Below, one piece after another: positions 33,428 to 41,585 of a DNA stretch of 52,740 bases. Each line of letters begins with the position of its first letter. Within the stretch, counting starts at the first letter, position 1. The notes beneath the pieces were generated by a model. It did no database searches, was not told the DNA's origin, and was given only the letters and a program-made list of their open reading frames with translations. A program made the position numbers and the translations under genes. The DNA comes from a virus (lineage: Duplodnaviria > Caudoviricetes), in IMG/VR virus record IMGVR_UViG_3300042945_000786, positions 1 through 52,740 of that record, one strand, 5' to 3'.

Positions 33428-33670
33428 TCATTTCCCTACTCTCTCCATGAGGCGGTCGATCTTCGCGTCGAGCGCTTCCAAGCGCGTGATGACGCTGTTG
33501 ATGTTCAATTGAACTTCTGACTTCGTGACGTAGTCCCTTGCGACCTCCTCGCGGGTCCGGTTCAGCAGAATCTGCAAGCGAGTGATCTCGTCTGACCACC
33601 CCTTGAGCACCCAACCTGCGATACCAATCGCGGTTGTCAGAGCAGCGCTCCAGATCGTTTCAAGCTCCAA
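33428..33670 (-). CDS. Small TM/coiled-coil protein
   Basis: TTG start after GGAGG; TREEVARDYVTK...LDAKIDRL. Confidence 0.7.
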   Translation of the reverse strand: MELETIWSAALTTAIGIAGWVLKGWSDEITRLQILLNRTREEVARDYVTKSEVQLNINSVITRLEALDAKIDRLMERVGK

Positions 33671-33736
33671 GGTAGACCTCCGACGCACTCCTGACGCTGG
33701 AAGCTTACCAGAAAAATGGGGTAGTCGAAAGAAGTC

Positions 33737-33946
33737 CTACATAACTTTTCCGCCGAGTGGCGCAAGTGTCGCGACGGTGATGTAGGTGTGGCGCGGCTCC
33801 TCACCGGTCCACACATTCCCGCACTGCGGGCACTTGCCGGTCGGATAGGATGCGATCTCTTCCGGCGTGTCCACGAGGTTGTCGCACGAGGCGCACTGGA
33901 TGTGGTCCACGGACTTGGCGGGCGTCATGCCTTCAGGTGTAGCCAT
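33737..33946 (-). CDS. Zn-ribbon protein
   Basis: CASC...CPQCG; GAGG RBS. Confidence 0.7.
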   Translation of the reverse strand: MATPEGMTPAKSVDHIQCASCDNLVDTPEEIASYPTGKCPQCGNVWTGEEPRHTYITVATLAPLGGKVM

Positions 33947-33947
33947 T

Positions 33948-34472
33948 CTATCCTCTTGCCATTGTGACCCAGTATGTGCCGTCACTCACGAGTGTCACCC
34001 AAGAGCCAACGGTCGCCGGAAGGATTGCTGTGCCGGGTGAGCCAGAGCTTATTGCTAGCACATTGGACGAGGCAGACACGACCGTCTGTGCCTGAAAGTT
34101 CTTGATACCCAACTCACGGCCAGTATTCGTGGACGCCGTCGGCAGGGTGACCACACAAGATGAGCCAGCCTTGTTGACGATCAGCCATCTGTCGCTGTCC
34201 GCTACAGTAAAATCAGTCAGTTTCTCAACAGGCACACCGCCGTTTCCGGGGGTGATGTAGAGTTGACCGTTCCTGACCCACACCGCCCCATCCTCTTGGC
34301 CGATGGGCGTCGTGGGGGGATTGGTGATGGTGATGGTCGTGAACCTGCCGTCGCCGGGGTTCTGAATCTGCTGTGCGTAGACAGCGAAGGAGCGGATGAT
34401 CTGCGCGAAGTAGCTCTGGTTGTACTCTCGCGGTGGGGCCGGGAAGTATGGGACGATTGTCTTGCGTGACAT
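33948..34472 (-). CDS. Tail-associated protein
   Basis: P.PP.EY N-terminus, VTLP.A, LVSDGT.W beta domain. Confidence 0.7.
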   Translation of the reverse strand: MSRKTIVPYFPAPPREYNQSYFAQIIRSFAVYAQQIQNPGDGRFTTITITNPPTTPIGQEDGAVWVRNGQLYITPGNGGVPVEKLTDFTVADSDRWLIVNKAGSSCVVTLPTASTNTGRELGIKNFQAQTVVSASSNVLAISSGSPGTAILPATVGSWVTLVSDGTYWVTMARG

Positions 34473-36331
34473 CAGCGCCTGCCATCAGTGCGCATGTCGA
34501 TGCGCGGTGTTCCCAAGCGCCAAGCCGTACCCGTCTGGTTTGACTCCACCCTGAAGGTTATCGCCCTGCCGCGCAGGCGCACGAACAGTTGGTCCGTGTA
34601 CAACTCGACAGGCACAGACTGCGTCCTTGTCGTTGTCTCCGGGTCAGCGCCGTATGTTGCTCCACCGGGGTAGTTCTTGGCTGCCATGGTCATCGTGACT
34701 TGCGGCGAGGGGTTGCTCGAGTCACGGAACGTCAGGTCTGGGATGACCCTCGTGACGAACATGAACTGGTTTCCGTCACTGATGTCTACGGAGCTAGACT
34801 GCACATAGGAGTTGATGGGCGAGAACGGGTTCGTCTCTCCGTTGCTGAAGCCATACTCGTGGAAGTAGACGTAGCCATCCAGCCCTGCGGCAATCGGGTA
34901 AGCAAGAACGTTGCGGTCCTGCCAAGCATTGCGAGAAAGGGTGCCGTAGTACCAGACGTCAAGCTCGTAGTTGTAGACGACGTACTTGTCTACCTCATTG
35001 CTCGAGGAAGACGGGTAGAACCACCAGACCTCAGAGTAGGCTGCGTTCGCGGCACCGAAGACCTTGGCCAACTGGTTGGTGTTCAGGTCGTCAAAGACGT
35101 ACTCCTTGACCGTGCAGGGGAGCGCCCTGACGGCTCCGTCATAGGCATAGAAGTCGCGCTGGCCCATCCAGTAGACAGCGTCGCCAACAGCGGTCGGTGA
35201 GTTCGGGGAGATGATCGAGATGTTCGACGAAATCTCAGAGATGCCGAACGTGAAGGGCGGTCCGACGAATTGCATCGCGTGAACGGATGTATCCGTGAAC
35301 ACGAGAATCTGTTGCTTGGTCTGGACGGCACCAACGATCTGGCTGCCCGTGCCAATGCGCAACTGGCCAGCCGTGTTGTCTGGGCGAGACTCCCAGTCTG
35401 TGATGCTCTCCTGATCGGAGAATCGGATGCAGAGGCGATCCTGAATACCGGGCGTTGCCTCGGGGTCGCACCCGAAAGCGATGACATGCCGGTCGCGCTC
35501 AGAGACAATGACCTGCCGCGCGATCCTCGGTGTCATGTTGGCACCGGCTAGGTTCTGAAGCTCAACTGCCCTGAAGCCTGTGCCAGCGCTCGTATCCCAG
35601 CGATAGAGGCCGCCATCGTAGACGGAGATGACCAAGTCCTCTCCGAAGTTGTCCTGCGACCAGAGACGCAGTTGGGCGCCAGTGACGGTGGTAGTAGCGG
35701 CGGAGCCCCATCCACCACGGCTCCATACGCCAGCGCCCCAGCCGGTTCCCACGACAGTCGTAGAGAGGCCGACGCTGATCTGGTATTCCGCCAGCACTGC
35801 CGCGCCACCGCCAGACACAGAGCCAGCGGTAGCGGAACCACCAGTGTCAACTTCGTAGACGCTGCCGCTGACTATGGTGGTGATGACATGCTCTTTGTTG
35901 ATCTGCCCGGTGGTCAGACCATCAAACGCTGTGGCCCCTGAGATGGTGACGTAATCTCCTTGGCTTGCAGCGTGACCGGGGTCCGTAATCCTGACTATGC
36001 CGCTAGACGCTGCGGTGGTTTGGATCGGGTTTGCGCCAAGGGTGACCGACCTGCGGATGGGTGTAATGTCATACGGGGCACCGCCGTCGATGATGTAGTA
36101 CTTCGATGTCGTTCCGGCGCCAGTGTAGATGTCATTGTTGAGCGCCGTCCAAGTGTGGAGGGAAACACACAGACCGATCATTGGGGAGTTGGTGAGCTTC
36201 TCCCAGCCGCCAATGGACTCAGGCAGGCCGAACCTGAACCTGATCTTGTTGCCGTCCACCCAGCCGCCAGAGTTCGTGTAGTCAGTCGTCTCGCGGTTGA
36301 TGCCGGGCCGGAACTGGAGCTTGGTGAGCAC
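34472..36331 (-). CDS. Tail nozzle / packaged DNA stabilisation protein (P22 gp10-like)
   Basis: F.PGINRE.T, IRFSDQE, EVWWFYPS, GRA..FRV.S....WRLG; beta-propeller character. Confidence 0.75.
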   Translation of the reverse strand: MLTKLQFRPGINRETTDYTNSGGWVDGNKIRFRFGLPESIGGWEKLTNSPMIGLCVSLHTWTALNNDIYTGAGTTSKYYIIDGGAPYDITPIRRSVTLGANPIQTTAASSGIVRITDPGHAASQGDYVTISGATAFDGLTTGQINKEHVITTIVSGSVYEVDTGGSATAGSVSGGGAAVLAEYQISVGLSTTVVGTGWGAGVWSRGGWGSAATTTVTGAQLRLWSQDNFGEDLVISVYDGGLYRWDTSAGTGFRAVELQNLAGANMTPRIARQVIVSERDRHVIAFGCDPEATPGIQDRLCIRFSDQESITDWESRPDNTAGQLRIGTGSQIVGAVQTKQQILVFTDTSVHAMQFVGPPFTFGISEISSNISIISPNSPTAVGDAVYWMGQRDFYAYDGAVRALPCTVKEYVFDDLNTNQLAKVFGAANAAYSEVWWFYPSSSSNEVDKYVVYNYELDVWYYGTLSRNAWQDRNVLAYPIAAGLDGYVYFHEYGFSNGETNPFSPINSYVQSSSVDISDGNQFMFVTRVIPDLTFRDSSNPSPQVTMTMAAKNYPGGATYGADPETTTRTQSVPVELYTDQLFVRLRGRAITFRVESNQTGTAWRLGTPRIDMRTDGRR

Positions 36332-36337
36332 CGAGGG

Positions 36338-36742
36338 TCACTCCGGTTTAGTGGGCCACACTACATTGTGCGGAAAGCCTGCCTGTTGCGGAACATCGAG
36401 AAGTGCCTGACGGTACGCTGTCCACTCACCCTGCTTCTCGGCGGACATAGAGGCCCAGCGGAGAGGGTTGGAGACGAGGGGGTCAACCAGCGCCGTCAAC
36501 AAGCGGTTGCGTTCCACGCGAACAATGGCCGCTGCCTCTGCGTCGAGTTCGGCTTGCGACGGCGGAACATACGCGGCGGTGGCGGGATCAGCGTCCATCT
36601 GAGCATGGAGCGCAGCGGCATCAAACTGAGCGCCAGCATCGTTCGGGTCACAGGTGAAGGGTATCCACCCGTAGGTGGGGTGTTCGATCTCGCAATCAAT
36701 GCGACCGCCAGAGATGCGCTGTGCGTTACGGTAGTTCATCAC
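36338..36742 (-). CDS. Tail fibre assembly chaperone
   Basis: [33 protein letters not shown]....WP.KP. Confidence 0.85.
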   Translation of the reverse strand: MMNYRNAQRISGGRIDCEIEHPTYGWIPFTCDPNDAGAQFDAAALHAQMDADPATAAYVPPSQAELDAEAAAIVRVERNRLLTALVDPLVSNPLRWASMSAEKQGEWTAYRQALLDVPQQAGFPHNVVWPTKPE

Positions 36743-38196
36743 GAAATCCTCACAAACACGGACCCATCATAATCAACCCCATAGTTTATAAGTGTACCCA
36801 TGCACTGCCATGTGCCAGAAGGAACCGGCGTAGAGGCGCTGTTTGTGGGCGAAGTACTACCTGCATACCTTAAAGTGCTGCCAGCCCTAGTACCGCCGGG
36901 AGCAACGGCTAGATTGTTTGTGGTCGAGTTGAGGAGTGCATATGTCCCTACAGCACCTAGTGTAGTATTTACAGCAATGGTGCCGCTGGTAGTAATGGTT
37001 CCTCCGGTAAGGCCCGTACCAGCCGTGATTGATGTAACGGTGCCGGTCGCCGTAGAGGAGATGGTCGGGTTCCCGCTGACGCCGTCGCCGTTGGTGATGG
37101 TGATTGCCGTACCTGCCGTGAGTGTTCTGGCAGCAACGGTACCAGAACCTGTGCGAGCGATCAGGCCAGTGGAGGCAAGGGCCGCTAATGCCGCAAGGTC
37201 TGCGTCATAGGCCTGCACGTTAGTGCCAATGGCAAGGCCTAGGTTGGTGCGGGCCGTTGGTGCATCAGATGCGCCAGTCCCACCATCGGCAATGGCGAGG
37301 TCGGTGATACCTGTGACCGACCCACCTGTGATGCTGACGCTGCTGGACGCTTGGGTCGCCATGGTCCCAAGGCCAAGTGCAGTGCGCGCGCCACTCTGCG
37401 TGGTCGATCCTGTGCCGCCATTCGCGAGGTTCAGCGTACCGGCGATGGTGATGGTGCCAGAGCCGACGATGGGGCCACCACTCGTGGTCAGGCCCGTTGT
37501 GCCGCCAGAGACATCAACCGATGTGACAGTGCCTCCGCCACCACCGGAGACCGTGATGAACGAAAGAGTCCCAGCGCCGTTCGTCCCAAGAACCTGACTC
37601 GCCGTTCCATCTGTCGTCGGAAGTGTGAAGGTGTTCACGAATGACTGAAGGTTGGCATCGTAGGCAAGGACGTTCGTCCCGATTGCCAGACCAAGGTTGG
37701 TGCGGGCAGTCGATACGTTCGATACGTCCGAGAGGTTGTTCGCTGATTGCAGTGTCCCCGTCAGGTTGAAGGTCGACGAGATGTCCACCACAGCAGCGCT
37801 TACGCCTGCGCCAGTGCAGTAGACCATGGCAGACTTGCCGTTGGCAATCGCCACAGTTGAGCCGCTGCCCTGCGCCATGGTGATGCTGACGCCAGAGTTG
37901 TTCTTGACCACATAGACATGCTGCGCGTCGTTCGGGGTGACGTTGACCGTCAGGTTCCCGCTCGGGCTCCCAGCGAAGACCAGAGCAGTGTACTGCCCCT
38001 CAGAGAGGGTGCCGTCAGACGTGGTCAGGGAGTACGGTAGCGCGGGTCCGTAGCCGGTCAGAGAGATGGTGCCGACACCCATGGTGAGGCGGTCAACAAT
38101 GTCCATGTTGACGTTGACGGTCTGGCCCCAAGTTCCAGACTGCTCACCATCGCCGGGTTTCTCGATGCCAGTGTTAGTTGCATAGGTACTCGGCAT
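36739..38196 (-). CDS. Tail fibre protein
   Basis: [14 protein letters not shown]-terminus; repeated [18 protein letters not shown] and GTVTS motifs. Confidence 0.85.
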   Translation of the reverse strand: MPSTYATNTGIEKPGDGEQSGTWGQTVNVNMDIVDRLTMGVGTISLTGYGPALPYSLTTSDGTLSEGQYTALVFAGSPSGNLTVNVTPNDAQHVYVVKNNSGVSITMAQGSGSTVAIANGKSAMVYCTGAGVSAAVVDISSTFNLTGTLQSANNLSDVSNVSTARTNLGLAIGTNVLAYDANLQSFVNTFTLPTTDGTASQVLGTNGAGTLSFITVSGGGGGTVTSVDVSGGTTGLTTSGGPIVGSGTITIAGTLNLANGGTGSTTQSGARTALGLGTMATQASSSVSITGGSVTGITDLAIADGGTGASDAPTARTNLGLAIGTNVQAYDADLAALAALASTGLIARTGSGTVAARTLTAGTAITITNGDGVSGNPTISSTATGTVTSITAGTGLTGGTITTSGTIAVNTTLGAVGTYALLNSTTNNLAVAPGGTRAGSTLRYAGSTSPTNSASTPVPSGTWQCMGTLINYGVDYDGSVFVRIS

Positions 38197-38205
38197 GAAG
38201 TGTCC

Positions 38206-39372
38206 TCACGCTGCCATATCTACCCAAGGTGACGTAGGAGTCGGATCGACGTCGGTCCAGACGGACGCTGTCCCGTTCGCAGTATCGGTATAGACCGAGT
38301 TCTGGTTCGGAACGACATCGACCCAAGGACCAGCGACCCCCGGAGTGACGGGAGTATAGACTGAGTTCTGATTCGGAACAATATCAGTCCACGAGATGCG
38401 GACAGTCCCGACAGACATTGCTGCGCTGACGCCGGTAACGAAGACCTGCGCGCTACCAGAGACGGTAACGGAGCCGACCTGAGTCGATCCAGATACGCCG
38501 AATACACTGACATCTGCGCCAGCCTCTGCCTCAACGGAGCCGACAAGGCCGTTGGCGGCAACACCGAGCAAGAAGACATTGGCGTCACCGATGGCATCTG
38601 CATTACCGATGGCGCCGCTGGCCTGAACGCCGACGACGAAGACATCAATGCCGGTTACCGCCTCGGCAACGCCGATCTGGGCTGTGCCCTCAACGCCGGT
38701 GAGTTGAACGTTGGCGTCCCCGGTGACCGCCACAGAGCCAATCTGGCCTATGGAGGAGACCTCGGTTACAAAGACGTCGCTACCGGACTCTGCGTCTACC
38801 GTGCCGACCAGCGCGCTGGCCTGAACACCGATGACGAAGACGGTGGCGCCAGCCTCTGCTGTGGCGTTTCCGACGAAGCCCGTAGCCTCGAGGCCGGTGA
38901 CGTTGACGTTCGCATCGCCAGTGACATCTGCGTTGCCAATGACGCCGGTCGCCTCGACGCCAGACGGGAAGACGTTCGCATCACCGATGACCTGAACGGA
39001 GCCAACGAATCCATTGGCCTCGACGCCAGTGACAGGGACAATCGCCCCCGCCTCTGCGGTCGCATTGCCGACAAAGCCACTCGCCTGATTGCCTGTGACG
39101 TTGACGTTGGCGTCGCCGGTAACCGCGACAGAGCCGACTTGACCGGTGCTCGGCGGGGTCTGGACATCCACCCCAGCGCCAGCCTCTGCCTGCACAGTGC
39201 CGACGAAAAGGTTAACAGCAACCCCTGTTACGTTAACTATGGCACCGGCTTCTGCCGTGGCATTGCCGACCAGAGCAGTGGCTTCTACGCCGGTAACGAG
39301 GACGTTGACGCTAGGTATCTCGGCGGCGTCATCCGCGAGAGGCGCACCCGTTAGTGGGAAGAAGCCAAGCAT
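38206..39372 (-). CDS. Virion structural protein with 22-aa repeats
   Basis: About 14 units like AEAGAIVNVTGVEATGFVGNAT, followed by 11-aa W/Y-T repeats. Confidence 0.8.
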   Translation of the reverse strand: MLGFFPLTGAPLADDAAEIPSVNVLVTGVEATALVGNATAEAGAIVNVTGVAVNLFVGTVQAEAGAGVDVQTPPSTGQVGSVAVTGDANVNVTGNQASGFVGNATAEAGAIVPVTGVEANGFVGSVQVIGDANVFPSGVEATGVIGNADVTGDANVNVTGLEATGFVGNATAEAGATVFVIGVQASALVGTVDAESGSDVFVTEVSSIGQIGSVAVTGDANVQLTGVEGTAQIGVAEAVTGIDVFVVGVQASGAIGNADAIGDANVFLLGVAANGLVGSVEAEAGADVSVFGVSGSTQVGSVTVSGSAQVFVTGVSAAMSVGTVRISWTDIVPNQNSVYTPVTPGVAGPWVDVVPNQNSVYTDTANGTASVWTDVDPTPTSPWVDMAA

Positions 39373-39400
39373 CGGTCACGCCGCCCCTGAGACACGGTGG

Positions 39401-40060
39401 CTATGCTAGCACAAGCTCTGGGAAAAGGCACTCCTCGATGAACCGAGACACCTCTTCGGGGTCTAGGCCCAGTGCCGCCATCACCTTGGGCGTGTGTGGG
39501 TTCTGCTTCTGGTAGTGGCAGTAGCGGTTGTGCCGATCAGAGTAGTCGGCGCTGGACTTCTCGCCAACAGAGGCGAGGTAGTGCCGCAGGTTGTTGATCA
39601 CCAGCGTCAGAAGGCGGGTGAGTTCGGCCTCTGTCTGGATGTTGCCTGCGGCGATCATGTGCTCGCTGAATATGGCCTTGGCCCAGTCAGGTAGCTCTCT
39701 GGTCTTACTCCACTCGTAGAACGAGGCGCGATTGGCGAAGGTCTCGAGAAGGTGGTGCTTGGACACCACCGGGCTGAAGTCATGGAATGCGCCCGTGACC
39801 TTGTTCGGCCCCGCGATGATGTCGAATCCTAAGATCGGGGACGGGTCGTTGACATGCGGCATCACCGTCAGGTGGAGCATGTAGAGCTTCTTGGTGTCTC
39901 TCGCGTCCACGATATCGAGGTGGGCTCGGCGGAAGTTCTTTCCCGTGAAGACGTAGTTCGGCCACGAGAAGCGGTGGCCCTCGTCCACCTCTTGGTACCG
40001 GCTGAACTCCTTGAGGATGTCGTGGTGAGCGGCCTCAAGCGATTCGAAGATTGTGGGCAT
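39401..40060 (-). CDS. pcyX: Ferredoxin-dependent bilin reductase, PcyX type
   Basis: FRRAHLD, MLH, P..GFDIIAG..K.TGAFHDFSP, RELPDWA..IFS, YC..QKQNPHT, LFP; adjacent heme oxygenase. Confidence 0.88.
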   Translation of the reverse strand: MPTIFESLEAAHHDILKEFSRYQEVDEGHRFSWPNYVFTGKNFRRAHLDIVDARDTKKLYMLHLTVMPHVNDPSPILGFDIIAGPNKVTGAFHDFSPVVSKHHLLETFANRASFYEWSKTRELPDWAKAIFSEHMIAAGNIQTEAELTRLLTLVINNLRHYLASVGEKSSADYSDRHNRYCHYQKQNPHTPKVMAALGLDPEEVSRFIEECLFPELVLA

Positions 40061-40571
40061 CGGCTACCTCATCGAACAGTGCGATGGCAAAGTCGAACAC
40101 CTTGTTGGCCTCTTCCGCAAGGTCGTCTGTCAGCCTCTCTCGGACTTTGGCTATGAGAGCGGAGCGGTCGTTGAAGTGGTACATGCGGCAGGTGCCGGGG
40201 GCCACGCGCTTGATCAGTTGCCCGCCATAGAGATCGGCGAAGTGTCTGCCGTAGATGTGAGCCCACAACAAGTTCGATGGAACTTCTTTGACGTAGGAGA
40301 CGTAGCGCTGCGTGGACGGTGAGAGTGCCGGGCCGTAGTGGTCGCCCAGTAGCTCCTTGGCATCAAGCTCGATGAGTTCTGCCCTGCGAAGGCCCGGCAG
40401 GTCTGCCATGTGCTCCTGTGCCACAGCCTCGAGAGCGCGGTAGCAGGCTGCCTGATTGACGAGGTAGGTGGCGTAGACCTCTGGCCGCATCTCGCCAGAC
40501 AGAAGTGACACAACGAAGCAGTGCTTCTCTGCCTCGTTGTGCTTGTCTCTTACTGCTTCACGCAGGGTCAT
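40035..40571 (-). CDS. hemO: Heme oxygenase
   Basis: LRE....H..AE proximal His, Y..LE, AHIYGRHFADLYGGQ distal helix, EA...F. Confidence 0.92.
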   Translation of the reverse strand: MTLREAVRDKHNEAEKHCFVVSLLSGEMRPEVYATYLVNQAACYRALEAVAQEHMADLPGLRRAELIELDAKELLGDHYGPALSPSTQRYVSYVKEVPSNLLWAHIYGRHFADLYGGQLIKRVAPGTCRMYHFNDRSALIAKVRERLTDDLAEEANKVFDFAIALFDEVADAHNLRIA

Positions 40572-40916
40572 TCAGAGGCTTGCGGCTTCCAAGAAGAGGG
40601 CGTCGATGTCAGCCTCTTCGTAGCCAATGCCGCTCATGATAGTCAGGAACCAAGCCGCCTCACGCTCCACAACCGTGTTGTAGTCCCACTCGGTCTGGAC
40701 CTTGGCCTTCTCCGTGGCATCAGGGATGGCCTTGATGGCGTCTGTGACTGCGGTCACCTTCTTGCGGTCGATAACCGCCAGACGCATCTGGCGCATGGAC
40801 ACAGACACAGGCTTCGGCTGGGTGAGGGATGCCATGGCGCTGAGGTGCGCTTCGTGCTCCTCTTCTGTCATCTCACGGACTGTTCCGTTGACGTAGATGC
40901 TGGGACGCTCTGTCAT
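40572..40916 (-). CDS. Tail-associated hypothetical protein (chaperone-like)
   Basis: VNG.VREMT.EE, RQMRLA, EWDY...VER, IDALF..A. Confidence 0.75.
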   Translation of the reverse strand: MTERPSIYVNGTVREMTEEEHEAHLSAMASLTQPKPVSVSMRQMRLAVIDRKKVTAVTDAIKAIPDATEKAKVQTEWDYNTVVEREAAWFLTIMSGIGYEEADIDALFLEAASL

Positions 40917-41584
40917 GATATGGCATACCCGTAGATTTCACAGTTCAGGCCAACACCTACACGAGCGGTGGAATAGCGCGCAGCAGTAAAACTGGGATTA
41001 CCGGTAGTTCCAAGCGTCACACCCGGATATGATCCAGTCTCAATGGTTGAGAGGAATTCGCTCGTGACGGTATAGCTAGCGGTCGTCGTAATGATTGATC
41101 CTGTGGGGAGAGTTGTGCTGTTCCCAAGGCGGATATCGCAATCAAAACCGGTTGGGGTCATCAGGACGTCCCACCTGTTTACCCAGACGTTAGCGGCGAC
41201 AAGACCGCCAGATGTTACTGTTATAGTTGGGCTAGCATTGTTGTTTACCCAGCCAGTGGTCGTGGTGGCGGTGATCTGATTGATCTGATACCAGGTATTA
41301 CCCGGCACGGTTAGGCCCTCTCTGCGCGGGGTGACTGTAAGGTCGGACGCTGCGGAGGCAAAACCGATCCCAGAGAACCTGAACAGGATAGCCCTGTACT
41401 TCCTGAAGTCGGCATCACGAGGCGCATCAACCGTGATGGTGGTTATAGATGGGGGGTTGACGACGTTAGGAGCAATGATGTTGGCGCTCTTGATGAGAAC
41501 AAGCCCCGGCACTGGCCCAGAGGGAGAGGGGCCAATGGCGGATAGCTCAGACGCCAGAGAGAGCCTTGCCGAGGCAAACCCCAT
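40913..41584 (-). CDS. Tail-associated beta-rich protein
   Basis: Thr/Ser-rich, ends IYGY; GAGGAGG RBS. Confidence 0.7.
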   Translation of the reverse strand: MGFASARLSLASELSAIGPSPSGPVPGLVLIKSANIIAPNVVNPPSITTITVDAPRDADFRKYRAILFRFSGIGFASAASDLTVTPRREGLTVPGNTWYQINQITATTTTGWVNNNASPTITVTSGGLVAANVWVNRWDVLMTPTGFDCDIRLGNSTTLPTGSIITTTASYTVTSEFLSTIETGSYPGVTLGTTGNPSFTAARYSTARVGVGLNCEIYGYAIS

Positions 41585-41585
41585 A

